From positions 1 to 60,084 of the forward strand of contig JBCBTE010000001.1 of the NCBI GenBank assembly GCA_039818805.1: 60,084 nt of DNA, read 5' to 3'. This DNA comes from Pseudomonadota bacterium (GTDB taxonomy: Bacteria > Pseudomonadota > Alphaproteobacteria > Rhodobacterales > Rhodobacteraceae). A model generated the notes under the pieces. It ran no database searches, was not told the origin of the DNA, and saw nothing but the letters and a program-made list of their open reading frames with translations. Shown one piece after another: positions 36,266 to 46,700 of the stretch (its first letter is position 1; each line of letters starts with the position of its first letter). Made by a program: the position numbers and the translations under genes.

Positions 36266-36824
36266 CGCTGTCAGCGCGTTACAGGGCGCAGAGTATCAGG
36301 GTTACGTCACCGTGCGCGAGATGGGCCTTCAGGGCATGATCTCGCTGCGCGGGGATCTTGCCTCGGCCAAGCTGAAGAAAGCGGTCAAGGCCGTGACGGG
36401 ACAGGCGATCCCCGGTCAACGCGGGTTCAACGGCTCCCGCGACGGCGGTGTGGGCTGGATGTCGCCGGACGAGCTGTTGCTTTTGGTGCCCTACCGCGAA
36501 ATGACTGCCGGGCTGGCAGAGATGGAAACCGCGTTGACGGGCGAGCATTACCTTGCCGCCAACGTGTCGGACGCCCGTGCGCTTTTTTGCGTCGAGGGCG
36601 ACGCGGCGCGCGAAGTCATTGCCAAGCTGTGCCCGGTGGACATGTCAGCGGACGGGTTTGGCCCCGGCCAGATCCGGCGCACGCGCATGGCGCAGATCCC
36701 GGCGGCGCTCTGGATGCCTTCGGAGGGGCAGGTCGAGATCGTCTGTTTCCGCTCTGTCGCGCAGTATGCCTTTGACTTGCTCAAGGATGCGGCAGAGCCG
36801 GGTGGTGAGATCGGCCTGTTTTGA
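36258..36824 (+). CDS. soxG: Sarcosine oxidase subunit gamma
   Basis: GMISLRG, WMSPDELL, VSDAR, CFRSVAQY. Confidence 0.93.
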   Translation: MSNAVSALQGAEYQGYVTVREMGLQGMISLRGDLASAKLKKAVKAVTGQAIPGQRGFNGSRDGGVGWMSPDELLLLVPYREMTAGLAEMETALTGEHYLAANVSDARALFCVEGDAAREVIAKLCPVDMSADGFGPGQIRRTRMAQIPAALWMPSEGQVEIVCFRSVAQYAFDLLKDAAEPGGEIGLF

Positions 36825-36955
36825 CAACGAGTGAACGTAGTTATTGATCCCGATCCGGCCTTTAGTCGGCAAAATCGTAGGGTGGGTGAAACCCACGCAT
36901 TGAACTGACATTCGACCAGCAGGTTTGCACGCGCCACTCTCGCTGCTTTACGAGG

Positions 36956-37234
36956 TCAGCGCGCCCAATGCGCGCGCCAGCTACGGCGTTCCCACCGGTT
37001 GACGACGCGCGGCGTGGGTTTACCCGCGCGGTCGCGGACGCTCTCTCGGCGGTCGATCCGGTCTTCGATCACGTCATGGCGACCAAGGTCAACACGTTCG
37101 TCGCGGATGCTTTCGCGGCGATCCACACGATTTTCCAGCCGATCCAGGCGAGAATTATAAGTGTCTGCATGGCCGGATTGTGCGGCGCCGACGGCAATGA
37201 GGGCCGCGACGGACAGGGTCAGTGTCGGCTTCAT
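36956..37234 (-). CDS. Small secreted protein with charged DRRE repeats
   Basis: Signal peptide ending GHA; RVDRRESIRD / RIDRRESVRD; GGAG SD. Confidence 0.7.
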   Translation of the reverse strand: MKPTLTLSVAALIAVGAAQSGHADTYNSRLDRLENRVDRRESIRDERVDLGRHDVIEDRIDRRESVRDRAGKPTPRVVNRWERRSWRAHWAR

Positions 37235-37518
37235 GGGACTGCTCCGTTGGTTGTTGTATGAGTTGAACGTCGCGAGACGACGGCTCCGTCGCGTTCACTG
37301 AATTCGTTTACCTGATCCTGAGATGGTGCAGTCAGCGGATATGTCAGAAAAGAGAATATTTTATCATAAAATCATAGTCTTACGAACCATTTGATAATGT
37401 ACTCTCTTTCAAGAAAATCTGTAGAAAAGTCGCAATGTTTTCCCAAGTCTGCCCAGATTTCGCTCTGATCTCACCTGTACGCCGAACCGAACGTTCAAAA
37501 CACGGTCCAGGTGAACAA

Positions 37519-38550
37519 GTGCCAGTTTTTACAGTCTATGCGTTGGGTGAATCCAACATCTCGGTGTCGGGTGACGCACAATTGTCGGGCGTCTCGCAAG
37601 GCAACGGATCGCACCTTGTGGGCGAAACGCTGACATTGACGGACAACGCTTGGGAAGCCGTTGACGTGTTCGACAGCGAGGCGGACTTTCAGGATTCCGA
37701 CAATAGCCAGACATTGAATGCAACCCAGTTTTTCAATGGCACTGAATACACGGGCGGCCTTCGGGTCGAGGCCGAATACGAATTGACCCTGCAGGACCCT
37801 GACGGCGTTACCTACATCGTTCTGGGGTTCAATATCAACGAACCGGGTGTCACAAGCTATGCCACGGTTGAAGGTCTGGCATTCGTTGGCGGTGTCGGGG
37901 GCTTTCCCCCGATTGGTGTACCGCTTACCGTTGTGTCCTCCTCCGAGGGGCCCTCGCGTCCGTTTTCCACGCTTGCCAGCCCACCCTGTTTTATCACTGG
38001 CACGCAGGTGTCTACGACCGATGGTTTGATCCCGGTCGAAGATCTTCAACCGGGACACATTATCCAAACGCTGGATGGTGGATTGCGACCCTTGGTCTGG
38101 GTTGGACGGGTACATGTGCCGAAGGTGGTGCAAAAGCATGACATACGGTTTCGGCCCGTCCTTGTAAAAGAAAATGCCTTTGGCCCTGGGTCTCCTTCGC
38201 GGGATATGCGCCTGTCGCAACAACATCGGGTACTGATGCGCGGCTGGCGGGCCGAATTGTTTTGCGGCGAGACCGAAGTGCTGGTGCCGATCTGCAAATT
38301 GATCAACGACACTACGATCCGCCTGTGCCCACCGGATGAGGACGTGACCTATGTGCATCTTCTGTTTGATCGCCACGAGGTGATCTGGGCCGACAACCTG
38401 CTCAGCGAAAGCTATTTGCTGGATCTCAACGACACCTCGGCGACCAGTCAGGAAGTCCTGCGCCTGTTTCCCGAGATGGCGCAGATGAAGCAAAAAATGC
38501 GCAGCGCGCGGTTATGCGTGCCGGGCCGCTTGGCCCGTGTGCTGCATTAG
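37519..38550 (+). CDS. Hint-domain protein (Rhodobacterales Hint_2 / BIL-B type)
   Basis: PPCFITGT.V.T..G...VEDL..G, LSQQHRVL, TYVHLLFDRHEVIWAD...SES; start uncertain (37435 possible). Confidence 0.88.
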   Translation: MPVFTVYALGESNISVSGDAQLSGVSQGNGSHLVGETLTLTDNAWEAVDVFDSEADFQDSDNSQTLNATQFFNGTEYTGGLRVEAEYELTLQDPDGVTYIVLGFNINEPGVTSYATVEGLAFVGGVGGFPPIGVPLTVVSSSEGPSRPFSTLASPPCFITGTQVSTTDGLIPVEDLQPGHIIQTLDGGLRPLVWVGRVHVPKVVQKHDIRFRPVLVKENAFGPGSPSRDMRLSQQHRVLMRGWRAELFCGETEVLVPICKLINDTTIRLCPPDEDVTYVHLLFDRHEVIWADNLLSESYLLDLNDTSATSQEVLRLFPEMAQMKQKMRSARLCVPGRLARVLH

Positions 38551-38702
38551 CGTCACCCGCCAAACCAAAGATTCCCGCGACAAGCCTGTACGGACATCAA
38601 CACTTGATGTGCGGGGCGGAACAAAACTCCGGCCTTGACGTTGGGGGCGTAAGACTACCATGTAGTCACGGAAATTCTGCACAATGAATGAGGGGGCCCC
38701 CA

Positions 38703-39302
38703 ATGGCTTTTGAACTTCCCGATCTGCCTTATGCGCATGACGCGCTTGAGGGTCTTGGCATGTCCAAGGAGACGTTGGAATACCACCATGATCTGCACCA
38801 CAAGGCCTATGTCGACAACGGTAACAAACTGATTGCCGGGACCGAGTGGGACGGCAAATCGATGGAAGAGATTGTCACCGGCACTTACGATAAATCAGCC
38901 GTGGCACAATCGGGTATCTTCAACAATATCAGCCAGTTGTGGAACCATAACCAGTTCTGGGAAATGATGGGCCCGGGTGAGGGCGGCATGCCTGGCGAAT
39001 TGGAAAGCGCCATCACCGAAAGCTTTGGTTCGGTGGACAAATTCAAGGAAGACTTCTCGGCTGCGGGTGCTGGTCAGTTCGGTTCGGGCTGGTGCTGGCT
39101 TGTGAAAGACAGCGATGGCAGCCTGAAAGTGACCAAGACCGAGAATGGCGTGAACCCGCTGTGCTTTGGTCAGACCGCCTTGCTGGGCTGTGACGTGTGG
39201 GAGCATTCGTATTACATCGACTTCCGCAACAAACGGCCTGCCTATCTGTCGAACTTCCTCGACAAGCTGGTGAACTGGGAAAACGTGGCGTCGCGCCTCT
39301 GA
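38703..39302 (+). CDS. sodB: Fe/Mn superoxide dismutase
   Basis: LEYHHDLHHKAYV, QFGSGW, DVWEHSYY. Confidence 0.96.
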   Translation: MAFELPDLPYAHDALEGLGMSKETLEYHHDLHHKAYVDNGNKLIAGTEWDGKSMEEIVTGTYDKSAVAQSGIFNNISQLWNHNQFWEMMGPGEGGMPGELESAITESFGSVDKFKEDFSAAGAGQFGSGWCWLVKDSDGSLKVTKTENGVNPLCFGQTALLGCDVWEHSYYIDFRNKRPAYLSNFLDKLVNWENVASRL

Positions 39303-39321
39303 AACCGTATTTTGTAGATGT

Positions 39322-39351
39322 GCGCCCTCGGCCGTTGGTCGGGGGCGCTTT
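39322..39351 (+). terminator. Terminator hairpin between convergent sodB and LOG genes
   Basis: GCGCCCTCGGCC-GTT-GGTCGGGGGCGC-TTT. Confidence 0.65.
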
Positions 39352-39354
39352 GCG

Positions 39355-39906
39355 TCAGGTCAACGCGTCATCCAGCGCAGACATCAAATCCGCCACGGTG
39401 TCGGCCACTTGCATGAAGCTTCGCAAGCTGTCATCCGCAAAATTCTGTTCGATAACGTGATCCACCAACTGGATAAGCTTGTCCCAGTAACCTTCTGTAT
39501 TCAATAGGAAGACCGGCTTTTCGTGCAAGCCGATCTGGCGCCATGTCAGCACCTCGAAGAACTCGTCAAGTGATCCTGCACCACCGGGCAGGACCACCAC
39601 GGCATCGCAATTCATGAACATGACTTTCTTGCGTTCATGCATGGTTTCGGTGACCACGTAACGGGTGAGATCGGTCTTGCCGACCTCCCACTGCACCAGG
39701 TGATCCGGAATGACGCCGAACGTGTCACCCCCGGCGGCCTGCGCCGCACGGGCCACCGCCCCCATTAAGCCTACGTCGCCCGCACCATACACCAAACGCC
39801 AGCCGCGATGGGCCAAATCCTGTCCCAGTGTCGTGGCGGCGGTCTCAAATGCGGGGTTGCGACCGGGGCGTGAGCCGCAAAAGACACATATTGAACGCGC
39901 GACCAT
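39355..39906 (-). CDS. LOG family phosphoribohydrolase (TIGR00730)
   Basis: ICVFCGS, LVYGAGDVGLMG, MHERK, PGGAGSLDE. Confidence 0.93.
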   Translation of the reverse strand: MVARSICVFCGSRPGRNPAFETAATTLGQDLAHRGWRLVYGAGDVGLMGAVARAAQAAGGDTFGVIPDHLVQWEVGKTDLTRYVVTETMHERKKVMFMNCDAVVVLPGGAGSLDEFFEVLTWRQIGLHEKPVFLLNTEGYWDKLIQLVDHVIEQNFADDSLRSFMQVADTVADLMSALDDALT

Positions 39907-40005
39907 GAAATCACCAAATGCTGATACGGGTTGTTTTGACCGTTCTAGCCCGTGTTGGTAAAGTCTCGCAACCGTGCAAGAACTGCGCCGGTTGAAGGGG
40001 AACAC

Positions 40006-41178
40006 ATGAGCAAGCTGGCTGATCTGACAAGGTCGCAAACCCTTGTGATCGCGGGGGTCGCCGTTGCGGTCGTTGTGGCCGGCGGCCTTTACGTATTCGG
40101 ATTTCTCGAGTTGGACACCGACGCACCTGACGTCGGTCAAGTGGCCGTGCTGACCCCTGAAGACCCGCCAGAGGCCGAAACGGTTGTGGTCGCACAGCCC
40201 AACCCGCAACCCAAGGTCGCGGCGGAACCGGAAGCCACGCCTGTCATGCCCGAACTGCCCAAGGTCAGCACGTTTCGGCTGAATCCGGATGGCCAACTGC
40301 TGGTGGCAGGCCGGACCGAGCCGGGATGGGAAACTTCGATCAAGCTGGACAAGGACGTGCTGAGCACATTTCTACCCGAAGACAACGGGGAGTTTGTGCA
40401 ATTCGTTCTGGTCACGCCCAGTCAAAAGCCCCGTGTTCTGTCCTTGACGATGCGATCGCCGGACACCGGCGAAGATGTTGCATCGAAGGGGGACATCATC
40501 ATCGCGCCGTTGCGCGCCCCGATGCAACCGTCGAACGACGAAGTCGCCCAACAGGGCGACACAACGGCCACAACAGCCGCCGATACGCTGGCGAGCGCGC
40601 AACCGCAGGATCAGCCCGACGCCTCGGGCGCCACCGAACCCGCGGCGGTGTTGCTGTCGGATGCGGATGGTTTGCAAGTGATTCAACCCGCCTTTCCGGA
40701 TGACGTGTCGCCCGATGTCATGTCGGTTGTCGCCCTAGATGCGATCACCTATTCGGACGCGGGCGATGTCCAGCTGTCCGGGCGTGGTGCCACGGAAAGC
40801 TTTGTTCGTGTCTATCTGGACAATGCCCCCCTTGCCACGTCCCGAATTGAAGAGGATGGCCGTTGGCGATCGGAACTGCCGGAGGTCGACACGGGCGTAT
40901 ACACCCTGCGGATTGACGAGGTGGATGCCGATGGCAATGTCACGTCCCGCGTCGAAACGCCATTCAAGCGCGAAGCGGACGAAGTACTGGCCACGGCAAC
41001 AGAGCAAGGCCAGCTGATCCAGGCCGTGACGGTACAGCCGGGATACACCTTGTGGGGCATTTCGCGTGAGAACTATGGTGACGGTCTGTTGTACGTGCGG
41101 ATTTTCGAAGCCAACAAAGATCGCATTCGCGACCCCGACCTGATTTATCCTGGCCAGATTTTCACCATTCCCGAATAG
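40006..41178 (+). CDS. LysM-domain membrane-anchored protein
   Basis: N-terminal TM; C-terminal VTVQPGYTLWGIS...IFEANKDRIRDPDLIYPGQ. Confidence 0.92.
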   Translation: MSKLADLTRSQTLVIAGVAVAVVVAGGLYVFGFLELDTDAPDVGQVAVLTPEDPPEAETVVVAQPNPQPKVAAEPEATPVMPELPKVSTFRLNPDGQLLVAGRTEPGWETSIKLDKDVLSTFLPEDNGEFVQFVLVTPSQKPRVLSLTMRSPDTGEDVASKGDIIIAPLRAPMQPSNDEVAQQGDTTATTAADTLASAQPQDQPDASGATEPAAVLLSDADGLQVIQPAFPDDVSPDVMSVVALDAITYSDAGDVQLSGRGATESFVRVYLDNAPLATSRIEEDGRWRSELPEVDTGVYTLRIDEVDADGNVTSRVETPFKREADEVLATATEQGQLIQAVTVQPGYTLWGISRENYGDGLLYVRIFEANKDRIRDPDLIYPGQIFTIPE

Positions 41179-41243
41179 GCCGCCAGAACGGACTCCGCCG
41201 CCAATGCGACAAGGGTCCGGGCTGCGCGCTCCGGGAAACGGGT

Positions 41244-41369
41244 TTACTGCGCCTCTTCGGCTTCTTCGGTGATGGTGTCACCCAGTTTCGAGACATCACG
41301 ACCGAAACCCTCGGTCGTCTCGCAGGCCGCGAGGGCGAATAGTGCGGTTATGGCGGCAAGAATACGCAT
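41244..41369 (-). CDS. Entericidin EcnA/B family lipoprotein
   Basis: LAAC lipobox, CETTEGFGRDV; AGGAG SD. Confidence 0.88.
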   Translation of the reverse strand: MRILAAITALFALAACETTEGFGRDVSKLGDTITEEAEEAQ

Positions 41370-41416
41370 GGGTTGCTCCTGTGTTCGCGGTGCGCTGATG
41401 GCATCCGTGGGTGACA

Positions 41417-41441
41417 AACGCGCCTGCACGCACATGGTTCC
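41417..41441 (-). promoter_or_regulatory. sigma-EcfG promoter of the entericidin gene
   Basis: Exact GGAAC-N16-CGTT on the minus strand, 47 bp upstream of the start. Confidence 0.7.
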
Positions 41442-41542
41442 GTCCCCATGTGCGCGACGGACAGGAGGCGTGTGCGAGGATCTGCATCTGGTCAATACCC
41501 CACGTGCGTCCTATGTCTGGGCAATCGCAAGAAGAGAGCCTT

Positions 41543-43363
41543 ATGCGCAGACGCACAGTTACCACCACGGACAGCCCCGGAAACGGCTGGCGGGTCATTC
41601 GCCGGGTTGCACCCTACCTTTGGCCTGACGGGCAGGGGTGGGTGAAGCGCCGCGTGGTTCTGGCCCTTTTGGCGCTTGTTGTGGCCAAGCTTGTGGCGGT
41701 CGGCACGCCGTTTTTCTACAAAGCCGCGGTGGACGCGTTGGCCGGTGAGGGGCAGAGCACCGGCTGGATGCTGGCGGCAGGGGCGGTCAGCCTGACCGTG
41801 ATCTACGGCATGGCGCGGTTGATGAATGTCGGATTCCAGCAGTTGCGGGACGCCATTTTCGCGAAGGTGGCGCAGCGCGCGCTGCGTCACCTGGCGCTGG
41901 AGACGTTCCAGCATATTCACAAGATGTCCTTGCGCTATCACACGGAACGCAAGACCGGCGGGCTGAGCCGGATCATCGAGCGCGGGGTGAAGGGCGTCGA
42001 ATTTCTATTGCGATTCCTGCTGTTTTCCATCGGACCATTGGTGCTGGAACTGTTGCTGATCGGGATCGTGCTGTGGACGCTGTTTGATTTCTGGTACCTT
42101 GCCGTCGTCGTGGGGGTGATTGCGGCCTATGTGTGGTTCACGTTCAAGGTCACCGAATGGCGTGTGAAATTGCGCAAGGAGATGAATGACCAGGACACGG
42201 ACGCCAATCAAAAGGCGATCGACAGCCTGCTGAACTTTGAGACGGTCAAGTATTTCGGCGCCGAAGGGCGCGAGGCGGCGCGCTACGACCGCGCGATGGA
42301 AGGATACGAGAGCGCAGCGCTCAAGACCTCTTATTCATTGGCCTTTCTGAATTTCGGGCAAAGCGTGCTGATTACCGGTGGTTTGGTCGTGGTGATGGTG
42401 ATGGCCGCCGTGGGCGTGCAGAACGGTGCTTTGACGGTGGGCGATTTCGTGATGGTCAACGCCTACATGATTCAGATCACCATGCCGCTGAACTTCCTGG
42501 GCACGGTCTATCGCGAGATCCGGCAATCTCTGGTCGATATGGGGGAAATGTTCGATTTGTTAGAGCAAACACCCGATGTCGTGGATAATCCAGCCTCAAA
42601 AAGTCTGGAAATTGAAGGTGGTGAAGTAGAGCTGCGCCAGGTTTTCTTTGGCTATGAGCGCGAAAGACCCATCCTGAAGGGTGTTTCCCTGACCGTGCCC
42701 GCGGGCCAGACCGTGGCGGTCGTGGGATCGTCCGGATCCGGCAAATCGACCATCGGGCGGCTTCTGTTTCGGTTCTACGATGTGCAGGATGGAGCCCTTC
42801 TGATCGACGGGCAGGATGTACGGGACGTGACCCAAGACAGCCTGCATGGCGCGATTGGCGTGGTCCCGCAGGACACGGTTCTGTTCAACGACACGATTGG
42901 CTACAACATTGCCTACGGGCGTGACGGTGCCACCCAGGCCGAAATTGAGCACGCCGCAAAAGCCGCTCAAATCCACGAATTTGTCGAGAGTCTTCCCAAA
43001 GGGTACGACACCCAGGTGGGCGAGCGCGGCCTGAAACTGTCAGGTGGCGAAAAACAGCGCGTGGGGATCGCACGCACGCTGTTGAAGAACCCGTCGATCT
43101 TGCTTTTGGATGAGGCGACCAGCGCGCTTGACTCTGAGACCGAGCAGGGCATCCAGGATGCGCTGCGCCGCGCCGGGGAAGGGCGCACGGTGATCACGAT
43201 TGCACACCGGCTGTCCACCGTGGCAGATGCCGACAGGATTGTCGTGCTGGAGGACGGCGTGATCGTCGAGGAGGGTGCGCACACAGACCTTCTGGCGCGC
43301 GGCGGGCGCTATGCCGGATTGTGGCAACGGCAGGCCAGCGAGCGCGAGGATGCAGCCGCCTGA
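41543..43363 (+). CDS. Atm1/ABCB7-like ABC transporter (fused permease-ATPase)
   Basis: RKTGGLSRIIERG, DSLLNFETVKYF, GSSGSGKST, LSGGEKQR, DEATSALD. Confidence 0.95.
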   Translation: MRRRTVTTTDSPGNGWRVIRRVAPYLWPDGQGWVKRRVVLALLALVVAKLVAVGTPFFYKAAVDALAGEGQSTGWMLAAGAVSLTVIYGMARLMNVGFQQLRDAIFAKVAQRALRHLALETFQHIHKMSLRYHTERKTGGLSRIIERGVKGVEFLLRFLLFSIGPLVLELLLIGIVLWTLFDFWYLAVVVGVIAAYVWFTFKVTEWRVKLRKEMNDQDTDANQKAIDSLLNFETVKYFGAEGREAARYDRAMEGYESAALKTSYSLAFLNFGQSVLITGGLVVVMVMAAVGVQNGALTVGDFVMVNAYMIQITMPLNFLGTVYREIRQSLVDMGEMFDLLEQTPDVVDNPASKSLEIEGGEVELRQVFFGYERERPILKGVSLTVPAGQTVAVVGSSGSGKSTIGRLLFRFYDVQDGALLIDGQDVRDVTQDSLHGAIGVVPQDTVLFNDTIGYNIAYGRDGATQAEIEHAAKAAQIHEFVESLPKGYDTQVGERGLKLSGGEKQRVGIARTLLKNPSILLLDEATSALDSETEQGIQDALRRAGEGRTVITIAHRLSTVADADRIVVLEDGVIVEEGAHTDLLARGGRYAGLWQRQASEREDAAA

Positions 43364-43544
43364 CATTTCTTTTTCGAAGGTTGCGCAACCATGATGTGCG
43401 CAATGCTTTTCTCCCCTTATAATTGAGTTGCGACTCGTGAATCTTTCCCGCATTTGGTGACCTGAGCCTTGAGTGCTGTCTTCTTTGTTAGGTTTCAAGT
43501 TTTCGGGCAATCACCATCACACACGCGACGCGAGAGGTGCTATT

Positions 43545-43760
43545 TTGCCCACCGGCACGATCATGTTCTTTTCCTCTGAGGGAAAGCAGGCACATATTTG
43601 GTGCAATACCGGGGCCAGCCCGTTGTACCTGGCGTATGAGACAGATTTTCCTGAACTGTGGTCAAAGCTGGTTGTCGGCATGTGCGTCGTGATCGATTGC
43701 CATGACAGCGGCATGGTGCAGCGAGTGACCGCGATGTCTCTGATGGCGGCCGAAACCTGA
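43545..43760 (+). CDS. Small hypothetical protein, possibly cold-shock/OB-fold-like
   Basis: GAGAGG SD then TTG; PTGTIMFFSSEGKQAHIWC echoes the first CSD strands. Confidence 0.45.
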   Translation: MPTGTIMFFSSEGKQAHIWCNTGASPLYLAYETDFPELWSKLVVGMCVVIDCHDSGMVQRVTAMSLMAAET

Positions 43761-43772
43761 CGGAGCAGGTGC

Positions 43773-46700
43773 TTATTCGGCTGCGCGCAGCGGGTTCCCG
43801 TTGTCGTCCAGTTTTTCGTCAGGCGTATCGTCACGGTTGCGCAGCACGCGTTTGAGATCTTGAAGATCCGGCGTGGTGCTGGTGTCTTCTTCGAACTCGG
43901 CACCTGTATTGCGTTCGTCTTCCCAGACAATCTCGGGGGCACGGACCCGGCTTGCCTGGCGCGCCAGGGCCCAGTCGCGTGCCGCGCGGCTGGTGCGACC
44001 GAAGGACAGTTTTGCCATAAGCTGTGACGCCCACAAGACATACGTGGTGGCCCAGATGCGCAAGGCCAGCATGGAGGGCGTGAAGATCAATGTCAGAACA
44101 GTCGCGATACCAAGGCCAAAGACCACCGCCGTGGCAAGCTGTTTCCACCAGAGGGCTGTCGGGCTGTTGAAAGTGTATCCGCCGCCAAAGAAGTCGAGTG
44201 ACAGGCCAAACATCATCGGGGCAAGACCGGCCATGGTTGTGATTGTGGTCAGCAGGACAGGCCGAATCCTTGCCTCGGCGGTGCGGGTGATCGCCTCGAT
44301 CCTTGGCATGTATTTGCTGTATTCCTGATAGGTGTCGATCAGGACGATATTATTGTTCACCACGATCCCTGCGAGGGCCACGATGCCGGTGCCGGTCATG
44401 ATGATCGAAAACGGCTGGTTCATCACAAGCATGCCGATCAGCACACCGGTGGTGGACAGGATCACGGCCAAAAGGACTAGCGCGGCGTTGTAGACGCTGT
44501 TGAACTGGGCCAGCAGGATGATGAACATCAACCCCAGGGCCCCCAAGAATGCCTGCTGCAGAAAGGCGCCGGACTCTTCTTGATCTTCCGCATCGCCGGT
44601 CCATTCATAGGAAATACTTGTCGGGATATCCTGCTGTTCCAGCCATTTGGTGATGTGGGCAATTCGTTCATTCGCGGTCAGGGGGACCTGTGTTTGCGTG
44701 CCGTCCTCATTCGCGCTAGACACGGTCAGGCCTTCGACCACGGCCGCCTTGACGTCGAAGTAACGGGTTTGATCGACCCGGTCGATCTGTGCCAGTTTTT
44801 TCACAGGTTTGCGGGTGATGAAGTTCGACAGCGGCACAAGACCGTCACTGGTTCGCACCTTGAGCGTATCGAGGGTGGACAGGACGCGGTCGTCTTCGGG
44901 CAGGCGCACGCGAATGTCTATTTCTTCGTCCGATGACGGCACGCGCATCGTATCAAGCAGGATGCCTCGGGTGACCAGCTGGACCATGGCACCCACGGTT
45001 GCAACATCGGCACCGAACCGCCCTGCCTTTTCCACGTCGACGTCGATCTGCCAGTCGATGCCCGGAAGGGGCAGGGTGTCTTCCACCAGATCCAATCCGT
45101 ACGTGCCTTCAAACTTGGCGCGCGCGGTTTCGGTGAACGCCAAAAGCTCTTCCCAATTGTCGCTTTTCAAGCGCAAGTGTACCGGCTTGGCCGACGCCGG
45201 TCCTTGTTCCAAGGCAAGGATTTCCACCTTGATGCCAGGAATCTGCTGCAGTTCGGCGGTCAGCTCTTCCATTGTGCGATTGCCGTCCACATCCGGGCTG
45301 GACACCTGCCGCGTGACGTCAAAGTCGATCAGCGGGACCGTGAACCAGGTTTCCGTGGTGGTGGGGCGGTCTTCCCATTTCACGATTTCGAACTGGATCT
45401 GGCCGATCGTATCAAGGGGCGGGGCCGCACCACCGGTGTTGTTGTTCAATCCGCTGTCGCCCGCGAAGGAAAAGGCGTTGAGGATGTTGGGATGGGCCAG
45501 AACGATGTCTTCGGCCTCGCGCACAAGCGCATCCTGCTGGTCGATCGAAAGGTTGCCGCGGGCGCGAACGTAAACAATGGCGTTCTCGGGTTCGGATTCC
45601 ACGAAAAACTCGGTGCCGTTGTTGTTGTTCACGTAGTACATCAGCACCGTGCCCACGAGCACGAAGATCGCGCAGAACGCCACAAGCGGCATGACAGGAT
45701 TGGCCGCGATGGCGTGAATGAACCAGCCAAATGGCGAGCGGTGATACCCGGCCTTCACGGGATCGGCGCGGCGGTTTTTCAACGCGTGTGAGATCCACAA
45801 TGCACCACCGCCCAAAACGGCGATGATCGTCAGGGTAGGAAAGGACATACCCATGGCTGCCATGACCGCGATGGCCGCGCCAAGAAGGATGAATGGGCCC
45901 AGATTGGGGATCTGCGGAGCAAGCCTGTTGATCCATGCAGTAAGCCACCGAAAGCACCATTGCACGCGCGGTTTAAGCGCAAAGATGCCCAGCAGGGCGG
46001 CAATTGCACCCGACAAACCCAACGCCCCGAAGGCCACCGCACCCAGGCAGGTCACGAAAACCGTGACAAGCGTCGGCATGACCGACCCCACCAGGTTGGT
46101 GCTGTCCATCAGCGCAAATTGCAAACCTACCACGTTCAGCAAAAGCGGAACGATCTGACCGGCAATCACGAGGGCCAGCACCGCAACGATCAAAAGGGCG
46201 ACATGAAGATACCAACGCGTGTCACTGATCCGTTGAATGCGGGTGTTGAACCAGCGTTCGACCCGTCCAGTCACACCGCCCATCACGGGCAGATAGACCA
46301 GCGCCACCAGAAGCGAGGCGGACAGCACGAAGATCAGCGTCACGGGCAGCATCTTCATGAATTGACCGGGCACGCCGGGCCAGAAAAGCATCGGCAGGAA
46401 GGCGCATAGCGTTGTGGCCGTGGAACTTACGACGGGCCAGAACATCCGTTTGGCCGCGGCGACATACGCGTGCATCGGACCCACCCCCTGGGCAATCCGT
46501 TTGTCGGCGTATTCGACCACCACGATGGCCCCATCGACCAACATGCCAACCGCCAGGATCAGGCCGAACATCACGATGTTCGACACTGCGACATCCATCA
46601 CCGCCAGCAATGCAAAGCACAACAGAAACGAGGTTGGGATCGCAAATCCCACCAGAAGGGCAGGGCGGATACCAAGAGCCGCCAAGGTGACGATCATGAC

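Noticed and set aside
39355-39906. LOG/SLOG gene as part of the TIR-SLOG defence system
   Set aside because: Housekeeping TIGR00730 gene in core context, 13 kb outside the island
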